From the NCBI GenBank assembly GCA_964549615.1, contig CAZJVP010000057.1:1-57116 (forward strand): DNA of 57,116 bases. The letters are read 5' to 3'. The position numbers and the translations under genes were made by a program. The notes below the pieces were generated by a model that worked only from the letters and a program-made list of their open reading frames with translations, did no database searches and was not told where the DNA came from. Positions 56,182 through 57,116 of this stretch are shown one piece after another (the stretch's first letter is position 1; each line of letters begins with the position of its first letter). The DNA is from an uncultured Thermococci archaeon (GTDB taxonomy: Archaea; CAYQAE01; CAYVLA01).

Positions 56182-57116
56182 TCACGGCCTCCGCCTCGCC
56201 CGGGACCGCCCCTTCGTCCTGCAATCCGCGGGTGAGCATATTCGAATCGGAACGTCGATCACAGTCGGGATCTTTCTCTTGAAGCCTGCCTTGATCGCGG
56301 CCGCCAGGCTATGGGCATCCCTCACCCTAACGCCTTTTGCGCCGAGGGCGTTGGCGACCCTATCGAATCTGATTTCGCTTGTTTGGCTTGCCAAGGTGCG
56401 ACCCTTCCACTGATCCCTCTGGCCGCAGACAACAATGCCCCACGCGCTGTCATTCGCCACGACCGCGACGAAGGGAAGCCCCTGCCTTGCCGCGGACTCA
56501 AGCTCCGTAGGCGTGAAACCGAACGCACCGTCCCCTGACAGAAGTAGGATCGGCCTGTCCGGGTATGCAAGCCTTGCACCCATCGCCCCGGGCAATCCCC
56601 ACCCGACGACGGCACTGGCACCGCAGGTCAGCCAACGGGCCGGGTAGCGATCGGCGAGGGCCATGTGAACCCATTGTCCGATGTTGCCGCCGTCGATGAG
56701 GAACAGCACATCCTCGGACAACAGCGGTCGGATCGCATCAACGATGTCCCTGCCCGTCTTGATCTTGCGATGAATAGGGCCGCCGACCCACGGCCGACGG
56801 AAATCAGCAAGGCGCTCTTGGCAAAGCCCGATCCATTCCGCATGTCGAGAAGGACCCGCCTTGGAGGCGTCGGAAAGCTGGTCCAGAACCGTGGCGACAT
56901 CCCCGACCAGCGTTAAGCCTGGCTGTACGCCCCCGGCCGGTTGGTCAGCATACGGGGTCACCTCGATCGCAAGAGTCCCGGGCCCTACCTTCGGCGGGGA
57001 TAGGAATCCGCACCTGTAGTCAATTTCTGCACCTGCGAGAATCACGAGGTCGGCATCCTCCAAGAGCCTCGGCTCCCCGCTCGCTGCGCCGATCACGCCC
57101 ATGAAGTTGGGGTGGG
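56182..57116 (-). CDS. Thiamine-pyrophosphate-dependent enzyme (acetolactate synthase-like), 5' truncated by window
   Basis: ADLVILAG, DGGNIGQW, VGWGLPGAMGA, LLSGDGAFGF...VANDSAWG TPP motif. Confidence 0.9.
   Translation of the reverse strand, partial: HPNFMGVIGAASGEPRLLEDADLVILAGAEIDYRCGFLSPPKVGPGTLAIEVTPYADQPAGGVQPGLTLVGDVATVLDQLSDASKAGPSRHAEWIGLCQERLADFRRPWVGGPIHRKIKTGRDIVDAIRPLLSEDVLFLIDGGNIGQWVHMALADRYPARWLTCGASAVVGWGLPGAMGARLAYPDRPILLLSGDGAFGFTPTELESAARQGLPFVAVVANDSAWGIVVCGQRDQWKGRTLASQTSEIRFDRVANALGAKGVRVRDAHSLAAAIKAGFKRKIPTVIDVPIRICSPADCRTKGRSRARRRP

Noticed and set aside
56182-56184. Selenocysteine recoding at the in-frame TGA
   Set aside because: Not at a catalytic Cys position, the TPP enzyme is complete before it, and no SECIS-like element was recognised
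1-57116. tRNA/rRNA genes, transposases, integrases, proviral genes
   Set aside because: No T-loop/cloverleaf, rRNA signature or mobile-element protein motif recognised by eye; a tRNAscan/ISEScan run would confirm

Overview
GC-rich (roughly 60%, estimated by eye) gene-dense chromosomal window, most likely from an uncultured TACK-type archaeon (Bathyarchaeia/Brockarchaeota-like; this is inference). The assignment rests on an archaeal ATP-dependent DNA ligase, an XPD/Rad3 helicase, an AbrB-PhoU regulator, a DUF211+VIT1 pair, an Lrp regulator and TATA-like boxes about 25-35 nt before many starts. About 48 CDS are supported. Scavenging and catabolic genes dominate: GH116, GH38, a ceramidase-like enzyme, two alkaline-phosphatase-superfamily enzymes, two UroD-fold proteins, a tandem MBL hydrolase, a Kelch protein, an FAD oxidoreductase and LsrF plus a Zn-dehydrogenase. 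An ECF transporter sits beside a type II pantothenate kinase, and there is a 1574-aa modular surface protein. No rRNA, tRNA, CRISPR array or transposase was seen. The best leads are: (i) an ECF / micro-protein / structured intergenic element / type II PanK locus suggesting non-canonical archaeal pantothenate salvage; (ii) a ~450-nt intergenic region with nested helices (candidate ncRNA); (iii) a co-oriented GH38-MBL-UroD-Kelch-FAD catabolic cluster; (iv) a Cys/His micro-protein-lsrF-ADH operon; (v) several apparently catalytically degenerate enzymes. All calls come from motif recognition by eye; no searches were run.
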